Source: an uncultured candidate division Zixibacteria bacterium | Lineage (GTDB): Bacteria; Zixibacteria; MSB-5A5; UBA10806; 4484-95 | Assembly (NCBI GenBank): GCA_963668625.2 | Contig: CAXXKA010000008.1 | Location: forward strand, 1,024,001-1,088,000 | Length of the DNA: 64,000 bases | Direction: 5' to 3' | Shown: positions 20,140 through 30,400 of the stretch, in pieces | Layout: each line of letters opens with the position of its first letter | Numbering within the stretch: position 1 is the stretch's first letter | Position numbers and translations under genes: made by a program | Notes under the pieces: model-generated | The model's database searches: none | What the model was told of the DNA's origin: nothing | What the model saw: only the letters and a program-made list of their open reading frames with translations

Positions 20140-23100
20140 ATGACGAATCTTGATCGCGATCATTTAAGCAAAATTAAAACCTTTCCATCATTGGTCAAAT
20201 ATCTAAAAGATGAACTAGATTGGCCAATTGAATCTGTCGATTTCGATGAACTCACATTTGACTATGAGCCAGAAGAACTTGGTATAGATTCCAAAACCGC
20301 CGCTAAGATTTCCGAAATCAAACAGCTGCGCCCAATTGTTACGAACCAACCATGGGGGATATTTTTTGTTAAGTTTGAGCCCAAGCAATTGCCCGTCGTA
20401 GCGCTAAGAAGAATTCTAAGCCAACTAGTTATTAAAAAAAGGGCATCTGGGAAGAAAGCTGAGCAAGCCACATGGAATCTTCATGATCTGCTATTTGTTT
20501 CAAATTATGGCGAAGGTGATCAGCGCCAAATTACTTTTGCCCATTTTTCTCAAACTCCCGAACGAACAGACTTACCCACTCTCAAGGTGTTAGGATGGGA
20601 TGACTCCGATACAGCACTACATATAGATCATGTTCATCAAGAGTTAAAAGATAAGCTGAAATGGCCTACTGATGAAGATGATTTACCGGGTTGGCGAGAA
20701 ACCTGGTCATCTGCCTTTACGCTAAAGTATCGCGAAGTTATTACCACTTCTAAAGAACTTGCGGTCCGCTTGGCTGAACTTGCTAAAAGTATTCGAAAAC
20801 GCGCTAATCGAATTTTAGCTATTGAAACCGAAAAAGGCATGCTTCGCAATCTTCATAAAGCTTTCAAGGAAGCACTTATTCACGACCTTAATGAAGATGA
20901 TTTTGCCGATATGTATGCCCAGACAATTGCTTATGGCTTGTTAACGGCCAGAGTATCCCGCCCAATGGGCATTAATGCCGATGATGTTGCTAATATGGTG
21001 CCAATTACCAATCCGTTCTTAAAAGAAATGTTGGAAACTTTCCTTACTGTTGGTGGCCGAAAGGGAAAATTGGATTTTGACGAATTAGGCATTCAAGAAG
21101 TAGTGGAGCTTTTAAACAGTCCTGATACTCATATGGATGACATCCTTCGGGATTTTGGAAACCGCACGCGACAGGAAGACCCTGTGATTCATTTTTATGA
21201 ATATTTTCTGACAGAATACGATAAGGACAAGAAAGTAAAACGAGGCGTTTTTTATACGCCTCAGCCGATCGTATCTTTCATTGTCAGGAGTGTGCATGAA
21301 ATCCTACAACAAGAGTTTGGACTGGAAGACGGCTTGGCTGACACAACAACCTGGGGCGAAATGGTTAAACGCCATAAGGATTTGGTTATACCCAAAGGCG
21401 TTCCTGCAAATCAAACCTTCGTTCAAATTCTCGATCCGGCTACAGGGACTGGCACATTCCTTGTTGAGGTCATAGATATTATTTATAAGATGATGACTGA
21501 GAAATGGAAAAGAGAAAAGCGCCTTGAATTAGAATTCAATAATCTATGGAATGAGTATGTACCGAAACACCTGCTACCTCGTTTGCATGGCTATGAATTA
21601 CTAATGGCTCCGTACGCTATAGCCCACCTCAAGATTGGCCTCAAACTCTTCGAGACTGGGTATAGGTTTAGAAGCGATGAACGAGCAAGGATATTTCTAA
21701 CGAATGCTCTGGAGCCGGCGTCTTCTTTGGCTGATGTCAAGGCGGCTGGCTTATTCGAAGCGCTCGGACACGAAGCCCAAGCAGTAAACGAAGTAAAACT
21801 GAAACAGCGGTTTACTGCGGTTATTGGAAATCCACCATATTCAAAATCATCAGCAAATAGATCACATGAAACCGAGCGATTAGTTGAAAAATACAAAGCG
21901 CTTGTTTCTGATGAAAGAAATGTTCAACCATTGTCGGACGATTATGTCAAATTCATTGCGTTATCTGAAAAATTACTCCAATCGAGTGATATTGGTCTAC
22001 TCGGAATGATAACAAATCGTGGGTATATACCAGGGATTATTCATCGAGGTATGCGAGCATGTATTGTTGATTCATTCTCATCAGTCTCAATTTTAGATTG
22101 TCATGGCGACACAAACATAGGAGAGACTCCTCCGCGCGGGGAGGCGAATGAAAACGTGTTTGATATACAGCAAGGGGTTGCAATCTGCTGTCTAGTTCGT
22201 GGACCAAATTTATTGCAGAAACATGCGGCGCATGGTGATTTATGGGGTACAAGAACAGAGAAATTTTCTTTCCTTACTCAGAGAACCATGGCAGCTGCAA
22301 CGAGGAAACTTCCGATTGCCCCTAATCCGCCAAGGTATTCCTTCACACCTATTTGCTCTATGCTCAGGCGAGAGTATGAATCTCAACTTAAAATGACACA
22401 GATCTTTGGTACAGGTAATGTTAAAGCAGATCAGGGACAGCGATATGGCAATGGCATTAAGAGTAATAGGGATGCGCTTCTGATAGGATTCACCTATTCC
22501 GAAGTTGTTGATCGAATGAATTTGCTCGCAGATACGAATTACTCAGACAAAGAAATCAATGAGATGTTGGCGCTTACTGATGGTCCTTATTGGAATACCG
22601 CGCGCGAGCGTGAGAAGATCAGGGCCGTTAAGCCCAATAAAATGCTAAGACCAATTCTTTACCGCCCATTTGATTGCCGATGGATATGGTATCAGAAGAA
22701 CCTTATTCAAATTGGCCGAGGTGGTGCTAGCCCAAACCTCATGTACCAGATGCTGGTCGGTCCCAATATTGCCTTACTTACTTCAAGAAATCCTCAGGAA
22801 GACTCATTCTCATCCGTTTTTGTGACAACACTTCTATCAGAAATGAAAACGGCTGAAGCTACAAGAGCATCATATTGTTTTCCTCTTTTTATACATCCCA
22901 CGCAAGATCTCATCGTCAGTGAAACAGTAATGAATTTCTCCCCAGATTTTGCAAAGGGCTTGGCAAAGGCATTACAACTTTCCTGGTCTAGCCAAGCAAA
23001 TGGCAATCTTAAAACTGCTGGAAATGTTGGTCCTAGGGATGCGTTTAATTTCATATACGCTCAGCTACATTCAGTCATGTATCGAAAAAGATATAGTAAT

Positions 23101-23574
23101 TTTCTTTGCGAAGACTTTCCCAGGATTTTTATCACACAAAATATAGATCTATTTCGGACGCTAAGTGAAATCGGCTCTGAGCTTATCGATCTTCATCTCT
23201 TAGAATCCCCTAGGCTCAATAATTTCATCACGACCCTTGTCGGCTCTGGCGATTTCCAAGTCAAAAAAGTCTTCTATTGCAATGAAACCGTGTGGATTGA
23301 TAAAGAGAATACTAATGGTTTCCAAGACGTATCTGAAGATGTATGGGAATTCCGCATAGGTGGTTATCAGGTCTGCAAAAAATGGCTAAAGGATCGACAA
23401 GCAAAAGGTGGGAAAAATCCTCGTCCTGGTCGTGTGCTAACCAAAGAGGATATTGATCACTATCAAAAGATCATCGTCGCCATTAGCGAAACAATTCGAA
23501 TTATGAAAGAAATTGATGAAGTTATCGACCAGCATGGCGGCTGGCCTGGCGCGTTTGTTACTAATACTAAATAA
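20140..23574 (+). CDS. N6-adenine DNA methyltransferase with Type ISP-like C-terminal specificity domain
   Basis: GVFYTP, ILDPATGTGTFL, GNPPY, YRPFD, RIGGYQVCKKWLKDR. Confidence 0.9.
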   Translation: MTNLDRDHLSKIKTFPSLVKYLKDELDWPIESVDFDELTFDYEPEELGIDSKTAAKISEIKQLRPIVTNQPWGIFFVKFEPKQLPVVALRRILSQLVIKKRASGKKAEQATWNLHDLLFVSNYGEGDQRQITFAHFSQTPERTDLPTLKVLGWDDSDTALHIDHVHQELKDKLKWPTDEDDLPGWRETWSSAFTLKYREVITTSKELAVRLAELAKSIRKRANRILAIETEKGMLRNLHKAFKEALIHDLNEDDFADMYAQTIAYGLLTARVSRPMGINADDVANMVPITNPFLKEMLETFLTVGGRKGKLDFDELGIQEVVELLNSPDTHMDDILRDFGNRTRQEDPVIHFYEYFLTEYDKDKKVKRGVFYTPQPIVSFIVRSVHEILQQEFGLEDGLADTTTWGEMVKRHKDLVIPKGVPANQTFVQILDPATGTGTFLVEVIDIIYKMMTEKWKREKRLELEFNNLWNEYVPKHLLPRLHGYELLMAPYAIAHLKIGLKLFETGYRFRSDERARIFLTNALEPASSLADVKAAGLFEALGHEAQAVNEVKLKQRFTAVIGNPPYSKSSANRSHETERLVEKYKALVSDERNVQPLSDDYVKFIALSEKLLQSSDIGLLGMITNRGYIPGIIHRGMRACIVDSFSSVSILDCHGDTNIGETPPRGEANENVFDIQQGVAICCLVRGPNLLQKHAAHGDLWGTRTEKFSFLTQRTMAAATRKLPIAPNPPRYSFTPICSMLRREYESQLKMTQIFGTGNVKADQGQRYGNGIKSNRDALLIGFTYSEVVDRMNLLADTNYSDKEINEMLALTDGPYWNTAREREKIRAVKPNKMLRPILYRPFDCRWIWYQKNLIQIGRGGASPNLMYQMLVGPNIALLTSRNPQEDSFSSVFVTTLLSEMKTAEATRASYCFPLFIHPTQDLIVSETVMNFSPDFAKGLAKALQLSWSSQANGNLKTAGNVGPRDAFNFIYAQLHSVMYRKRYSNFLCEDFPRIFITQNIDLFRTLSEIGSELIDLHLLESPRLNNFITTLVGSGDFQVKKVFYCNETVWIDKENTNGFQDVSEDVWEFRIGGYQVCKKWLKDRQAKGGKNPRPGRVLTKEDIDHYQKIIVAISETIRIMKEIDEVIDQHGGWPGAFVTNTK

Positions 23575-23592
23575 ACAACATTTAATAGATGG

Positions 23593-24375
23593 ATGAATAA
23601 GCATATGAACACAAATTGGCATAAGAAATATGAAGGCGTTGGATTTTATGCTAATAATGAGGTAGAAAAAATCTTAAATACACTTACAGATGGCTTACCT
23701 GTTGACATTGAAGATTCCAATCCTCGTAGTCTTAAAACAGTCCCCACCTGGCATGTTTTCTTTAAAGGTGTAAGGATATTAGAATTAGATGTAAACAAAG
23801 GCGGGATATTATTTAGGATTGTCAAACTGATTTACTGGCCTGATAATATAACCACCCATCCTGGATTCAATTTGGAGAAATGGAATAAGGGAAAAACAGC
23901 AAATTTAAGTCTCAGAAATGAAAGGATGGCTCAAGATTTACGTCCTTTACTTAAGGAACATTTGCAAATTCTCGAATCCGTACTTAACGGAAATAGAAAA
24001 GACCTAAAAAAACCGCTATTTGATAAAAAACATCTCAAAGAGCAATATTTTGAAACTGAAGTCACTGAAAATCTAAATCTTATTGAACCAGATTTAAAGT
24101 TAGTTAGACGTCAGTTGGTAACATCTGCCGGCAGGCTAGATCTATTATGTTCTGATAAAAACAATCTCCCCGTAGTAATCGAGCTTAAGATTGCCTTGTC
24201 AGATACTTCAGTATTGGAGCAGATTAAAAGGTATATCGGATATATTAAAAAAGATACTGGTTTAGATACTCGTGGCATTATTCTTCATAATGATGATGAT
24301 AATTTAAGCAATTTGAGAGATGCAGCTGCCTGTAACTCTATTCAGGTGATTTCATGGAAGCAACTTGGCACCTAA
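23593..24375 (+). CDS. NucS/EndoMS-like (DUF91) nuclease with unknown N-terminal domain
   Basis: RQLVTSAGRLDLLC...VVIELK...EQIKRYIG...RGII. Confidence 0.75.
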   Translation: MNKHMNTNWHKKYEGVGFYANNEVEKILNTLTDGLPVDIEDSNPRSLKTVPTWHVFFKGVRILELDVNKGGILFRIVKLIYWPDNITTHPGFNLEKWNKGKTANLSLRNERMAQDLRPLLKEHLQILESVLNGNRKDLKKPLFDKKHLKEQYFETEVTENLNLIEPDLKLVRRQLVTSAGRLDLLCSDKNNLPVVIELKIALSDTSVLEQIKRYIGYIKKDTGLDTRGIILHNDDDNLSNLRDAAACNSIQVISWKQLGT

Positions 24376-24420
24376 GAATATAATTACAGTGAAGAGTAGT
24401 AAAAGTAGCAAGAGGTAAAA

Positions 24421-24966
24421 TTGAACATTGATGAAATTCTAAATGTAATTAAAGTTATTGTTAAAAATCGTGAAGATGGAATATTTGTTCCGATTCTTGA
24501 ATCAGATTTACATGGATATATATACCATAAGATTCTTAAAATCCTTAAAATTTCGACGTCTAAAGTTCACATCGATAGTAGAGTACTGGGTGCGCCTAAT
24601 AACACTAAATATGACATTGTTATCGGCGAAGTTCGGTTCCGGAGTGAAGATAAAAGACCTGCTATTAAATCTGAAGTATTAATGGAAGTTAAAATATTCC
24701 CAAAAGGATTTGCCAGCGGTCAATTGTGGAGACGGTTCGATCAGGTAATCAATAAAGATATTCCTAAATTGGTCGCAGTAACAGATACTTCTATATTGAA
24801 AATTGAATTTATCTATGATGAGGTTGACTATTTATCTGGGAAACATCAAAAAACAAAACGTTTAGATTATTTGTGTAATTATAAACAAAGAAAAGCCCCC
24901 AATGTACATTTAGCTATTGTGAGAAAAGATAAATATCTAAAAGACTGGCAAATCTTAGTGAAATAA
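24421..24966 (+). CDS. Putative PD-(D/E)XK nuclease
   Basis: ESDLH...YDIVI...MEVK...DIPKL pattern. Confidence 0.55.
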   Translation: MNIDEILNVIKVIVKNREDGIFVPILESDLHGYIYHKILKILKISTSKVHIDSRVLGAPNNTKYDIVIGEVRFRSEDKRPAIKSEVLMEVKIFPKGFASGQLWRRFDQVINKDIPKLVAVTDTSILKIEFIYDEVDYLSGKHQKTKRLDYLCNYKQRKAPNVHLAIVRKDKYLKDWQILVK

Positions 24967-24981
24967 AATTAAGGAATAGTT

Positions 24982-25995
24982 ATGTCACTACTTTGGACTA
25001 AAACAGGCCCCTATCATCAAGTTGATTATAAAAACGAAGCCGAGTTGGAATCAGCTATATTAGAGGTGCAAGATACACTGTTTGGCCTTGACCGTATTTA
25101 TCTTGATGTGAAAAAGAAGATAGGCGTCAAAGGTGGTGTACGCAATATACCCGATGGCTATCTGATAGATTTAAGCAGCCGTAAGCCTCGTTTATATGTA
25201 GTCGAAAACGAATTAGCAGCTCACGATCCCCTTCGCCATATAGCGATTCAAATTCTTCAGTTCTCGCTGTCTTTCGAGACAGAACAACGTGGTGTAAGAA
25301 ATATCGTATTTAATGCGTTGCAAAAGAGAGCCGCCGATAAGTCAAAATGCGAAAAATATGCCTCAGAAAACGGTTTCCGTAATTTGGATCATTTGCTGGA
25401 TTTGATGGTATTTGAGGGGCCGTTCGCAGCTCTGGTTATCATCGATGAGATACCTGACAATCTTGAGAATATCCTGGTAAGGAAATTCCAATTTGGCGTG
25501 GAGGTCCTGGAGCTGGCTAAATATCAAAACGAATCAGGTGAAAAGGCATATCGATTCAGCCCATTCCTTGCGGATGTTAATGCTGATCTCGATGCAGCGA
25601 AATCCACAGTCACTACTAGACAATCTATTGATGTCGAGGAAATAGACACGGTAGTAGTACCTGCCCGCGAGGACGGCTTTGAGGAAGTATTCGTTAATGA
25701 GAACAGATGGTATCAGATAAGAATACACGGCTCGATGAAACCTCAGATAAAGTATATAGCTGTTTATAGGGTATCACCAATATCAGCAATAACTCATATA
25801 GCACCAGTGAAATCAATCGAGCCCTGGAAGGATACTGATAAATATGTAGTTAATTTCGCTGAGCCAGCGCATGAAATTGGGCCTATACAATTAGTACCCA
25901 AGGAAAGCAATGGTCGCGAAAAGGCTTTGCAGAATTTAAGGTATACATCGATGGATAGGCTTGAAAACGCGAAGACTCTTGATGATTTGTGGTAG
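24982..25995 (+). CDS. Putative PD-(D/E)XK nuclease with C-terminal beta-rich domain
   Basis: EAELE...IPDGYLID...YVVENEL...QI; C-terminal DTVVVPA...YIAVYRVSPISAITHIA. Confidence 0.6.
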   Translation: MSLLWTKTGPYHQVDYKNEAELESAILEVQDTLFGLDRIYLDVKKKIGVKGGVRNIPDGYLIDLSSRKPRLYVVENELAAHDPLRHIAIQILQFSLSFETEQRGVRNIVFNALQKRAADKSKCEKYASENGFRNLDHLLDLMVFEGPFAALVIIDEIPDNLENILVRKFQFGVEVLELAKYQNESGEKAYRFSPFLADVNADLDAAKSTVTTRQSIDVEEIDTVVVPAREDGFEEVFVNENRWYQIRIHGSMKPQIKYIAVYRVSPISAITHIAPVKSIEPWKDTDKYVVNFAEPAHEIGPIQLVPKESNGREKALQNLRYTSMDRLENAKTLDDLW

Positions 25996-26011
25996 AATAA
26001 GGATAGTGTTA

Positions 26012-26776
26012 ATGATGACACTTGATGACGATAAGTTGTATTTAGTAAAGAGCATTGTAAATTGGTACTGTAACGCATGTAATAATCCGAGCTCACAGGT
26101 ACTAAGGCACCCTGAATTCGGTAGGTGGAAAAGTTGGGATGATGATCAGCTATTTTGTTCTATCTTTTTTGCCGTTGCTGCTAAAAAGAGATCAATAGAA
26201 GCACGAGAATACCTAGACTTAATGGAAAATCATAATCTAAATTTTGAATTGCAAGTATCAATGTTGACAGGCCTTTCGTATGAAAAAAAACTAATGAAAA
26301 TCTGGGAATTTGGCAAGGGTAAAAATCGGTTAAATAAATGCCTCGGTTTATATTTTAGCACTCCAGGGAATATAGGCAGAAAGGGTAACTATGAGAGAAC
26401 CATTACCGATTTTTTCTGTGCATTTGAGGATCGTGGATTCAAAGCATGGTTGATCAAAATGGAAAAAATAAAATCCGAAAGAGATAGAGCTAAACAATTA
26501 GAATTTGTACCAGGAATTAAATTGAAGGCTTCTCGAGATTTTCTTAATGACATCGGTATGACTAATAGTTTAGTTGCCCTCGATTCCCATGTCTTATCTG
26601 AAATGAGAGAGATTTGGAAATGGAAAGTACCCGAGAATACGCCCTCAAGCCGAAAACGCTATTTGGAAATTGAGGATGGTGTTAGGGATATAGCAAGAAG
26701 AATCGCTGCAACGGTACTGGAAATAGATAAGGCTATTTATTATGCTAGATCAACTGGAGAATATTCCAGTCAATAA
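26012..26776 (+). CDS. Ogg2/HhH-type DNA N-glycosylase-like protein
   Basis: RAKQLEFVPGIKLKASRDFL...VALDSHVL (HhH Lys plus D-x-H) and YLEIE...EIDKAIY; start taken at ATG 26012 after an AAGGA SD. Confidence 0.65.
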   Translation: MMTLDDDKLYLVKSIVNWYCNACNNPSSQVLRHPEFGRWKSWDDDQLFCSIFFAVAAKKRSIEAREYLDLMENHNLNFELQVSMLTGLSYEKKLMKIWEFGKGKNRLNKCLGLYFSTPGNIGRKGNYERTITDFFCAFEDRGFKAWLIKMEKIKSERDRAKQLEFVPGIKLKASRDFLNDIGMTNSLVALDSHVLSEMREIWKWKVPENTPSSRKRYLEIEDGVRDIARRIAATVLEIDKAIYYARSTGEYSSQ

Positions 26777-26806
26777 ATGGTCTTAAATTGAAAGGGAGAA
26801 AGTTTT

Positions 26807-27382
26807 GTGAAAGAAGAAATAAGGCCAAAAGCATTTATAAGTTGCAGTCTTCGTGAAGAAGATAAAGACTTTGTAGATTTTATCACAAGAATTGTAATGC
26901 GTTTTGGATTTGAGCCAATGGGAACTATAGGCAAATATCAAGCAGCCCCTATTCCTATCTGGCAGCAAATGAAGGAAGGAATCGCTTCAGCTGATTGCGT
27001 TGTGCTTATTGCTACACCTAGATATCTGCAGCAAGATATCAACGATAAAAATAAAACCGGGCAGGGCATTTCGGAAATGCTCCATATTGAAGTTGGAATG
27101 GCTGTAATGTCCGGTAAGCCAATACTCGCATTTGTACTTGAAGGAACTGATATTGGAGGATTTTTGCCACAAGCTATTCAATACATTGAATTAAAACATA
27201 CTGATTTTGAAGGACTAGCTTCTAAATGGCCATTAATTGCTAATTATTTCCGTAGCGCTATGTCTATTATTCAAAAGAAATGGTATGAAAACGAGAATAA
27301 GAAGATGTTGAAAATCGCAGGAACAATCTTAGCAATTATTGGCGGTGCTAGCGTTTTAGATAGAATATTTCCAGATAATTGA
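26807..27382 (+). CDS. TIR/DUF4062-like domain with C-terminal transmembrane helix
   Basis: AFISCS...IASADCVVLIATPRY...HIEVGMA...KPILAF (TIR-like order with Glu); hydrophobic IAGTILAIIGGASVL tail. Confidence 0.65.
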   Translation: MKEEIRPKAFISCSLREEDKDFVDFITRIVMRFGFEPMGTIGKYQAAPIPIWQQMKEGIASADCVVLIATPRYLQQDINDKNKTGQGISEMLHIEVGMAVMSGKPILAFVLEGTDIGGFLPQAIQYIELKHTDFEGLASKWPLIANYFRSAMSIIQKKWYENENKKMLKIAGTILAIIGGASVLDRIFPDN

Positions 27383-27434
27383 TGTTTATGTGTGATAATT
27401 TACTGATTTAAATTAATCTAAAAGGGGTTTTAAA

Positions 27435-30400
27435 TTGTCCTCCCAATCAACTACACCTAAGCAAACAGGGGGCGGTGGTTTTCAGTTTGAAAATAAGGTA
27501 GGGGCTTACTTTTTATCATTTTTGTTGGCAGGCAAACCACCGTTTGAGCCAGAATTGGGTATAATTAAACGCTTAGATTTTCAAGTATTAAAGGGTGGCT
27601 GGCTTTTAGACGATTTACTTTTAACCCTAGAATCATCGGAAATCGTCAGACGTTGTGCATTTTCCATAAAAAGCAACAAGCAAATTACTAAAAATGGAGC
27701 CCCCAGCGATTTCGTTAATCTAATTTGGCGGCAATATTTACATGAAAATACTGATAAATTTAATTCTGATTTGGATTATCTGGGATTAATTTCTAAACCT
27801 TTTGCGCAAAATGTAAGAAATAAACTCGATGTACTTTTAAATTACTCACAAAAGCAAGATTCTGAAAACTTAAATGTACGACTGAAAGATGATAGTAGCT
27901 TAGTTGAGATATCTAGTAGCTTTAATTGTCCAGCCGACTTAGCTAGCAAATATAGCGTTACTGAAAAAAGTATAGGGGAATTGCTTAGTCACCTACTGAT
28001 TATTGATTGTGATTTTGATACCTCTATTCAAACATGGCAAAATACTGCATTTCAAAATTGTCAAGATACTTTAAAAAGTGGTTCTCCTGATGAAGCACGT
28101 AATCTTTGGGAAAGCCTTTTAATAGTTTCTCAAGATTATGATTCAAGTGGAGGAGGCATAACATACATTGATCTAATTAATTTGTTAAGAAGTCGATTTA
28201 AGTTAAAACACCATCCTGTTTACGACGGCGATTGGCGAATATTGGAAGAGTTGAAAAACGGTTATCTTAGCAGCATTAAAGATACGATTGGTAAAAACAT
28301 ATCGATACATAGAAATGAAAAAATCGTTGAGCTTAAACGAAAAACTGAGACTAACTCTATATTAATCATTATTGGAGTGAGTGGGATTGGTAAGACAGTA
28401 CTAGCCAAGCATTTCGTCGAAGATGTAAGTACATATAAGACTATATGGCTACCAGCAAGCAGTTTTTTAAGACAAGATTACGCTTCATTTGAGAATAGCT
28501 TAAATTTAAGTTATTCTCTCGCAGAATTAATAAATATTGTTCCAGAAGAGCATGCATATTTTATTATTGATAGCTTTGAGCAATTACGTACTGATGAAGC
28601 AAAGAGAAATTTAAGAATTATTATTAAAGCCTTAAAGTTAGGAAACATAAATAGCCCTTGGAAATTGCTAATTACATATAGAGCGGAAGATCTAAGCCAA
28701 ATGTATGGCATGTTAAGAGATTCGGACTTACCACTTGAATTCACATATTTCATGCAATTAGGGGATATTGAAAAAGACGAATCCAAGGAAATTTTAAACG
28801 GATTTCCTAGCTTGGAGAAACTAGCGCATAATCCAAACATTCGAAACATACTAAAAAATCCTAAATTTCTTGACTTGATTATTACAAGGCTTCAATACAA
28901 TTCCAATCTTGAACTGCCAGAATGGATAGGTGAATCCCATTTAATTGATTGGTATTGGGAAACTGCAATAAAGCAACCTTCAAGTGGAATGATTCGTGAT
29001 AATTTCTTACAAAAGCTTAGCCAAATTCAAGCTGATAAATTTGAAACTGAGACGCCTTTAATAGATTTTCAAACGTCTGAATTGAGCATTATCGATGAAC
29101 TTAAACTGGAAAACGTATGCCGAGAGCAAAATGAACAAATATCATTCTTTCATGATATTTTGGGGGATTGGGCGAGGCAAAGGATATTAATAAGCAAATC
29201 AAATAGTATATCTGAAATTATAAAGGAAAAAGTAAATTACCCGTCATGGCATAGGGCGATTAGGCTATATTGCCATCATCTTTTAGAAAATAATAGAATA
29301 GAAATATGGTCCAAGCTTTTAGATGATCTAAGTACCGCTGAGCAAGAATTCAACCTATCTCAAGATATTGTGCTTGACTCAGTAATCTATACTGTAAATG
29401 AATTATCAATGCTTGAATCTATCTGGCCTCAACTTATTAAAGATAAGGGAGTATTGTTAAGACGGTTATTGAACCGATTTTTACATATAGCAACTTATCC
29501 TAACCCAATTTACTTAACAATCGCGCATACTTTTCATCTTGATAAAGATTTGAGCTTTGCGACATTAAATCGAGTGCCATATTGGCCGTATTGGTTACCA
29601 TTATTAGAATTGATAGACAATCACAAAAGCGAAGCAAAGCAATATGCTATGAAACAGGTTTCCGAATTAGCAGATATTTGGCTACGGCAAGGTGCAAAGA
29701 TTTGGCCACTAAGAAAAGAGATAGCTCAAATAGCACTCGATATAGCTAATAATATTTTAGAACAGAAATTAATGGGACCTACAATTGTAAATAACAAGAT
29801 TGATAATACTGCATACAGAGCTGCTTTAGCTGGTGTCGATGTATTGCCTAATGAAGTTGCTGAATTTGCATTAAGAGCATGTAAGCGCAAAGTATCTCAA
29901 CTGTTACCTAAAAGTATTCGAGTACAATCTATAATGGGGACTTATGAAAGTGAAATCCCAGCCCCTTGGCCCAGAGGCCCACTTGCAAGACCAGACCATG
30001 CATTCAGGGATTTATGCTTAGGGGCAAGCGATCATGATACAATGTATCCTTTAATACTAAGCATGCCTCATATTGCCCGTGAAGTAATTTTAGCTTTGCT
30101 AATTGAAGAACCAAAGCCTTCTGATCCCTTTGAATATCGTATAAGGGATACGTATGAAATCGTAGATATGCATGGTTGGTTCCCACCGTTTTATACACAC
30201 GGCACGTTTTATTTCTTTTTAAAATCTAATGTATTAGAAGGCGTTGGCCTTATTTTAGATTTAGTCAATTTTGCAACAGAAAGATGGGCTGCATATCGTG
30301 AAAAAGAAGAGGATGAAGTACCGGGCTTAGAGATAGAAATTATTAGTAACAAAAGAATATGGTTGGGAGATGGAAGAGTATATTTCTGGTATAGGGGTGA

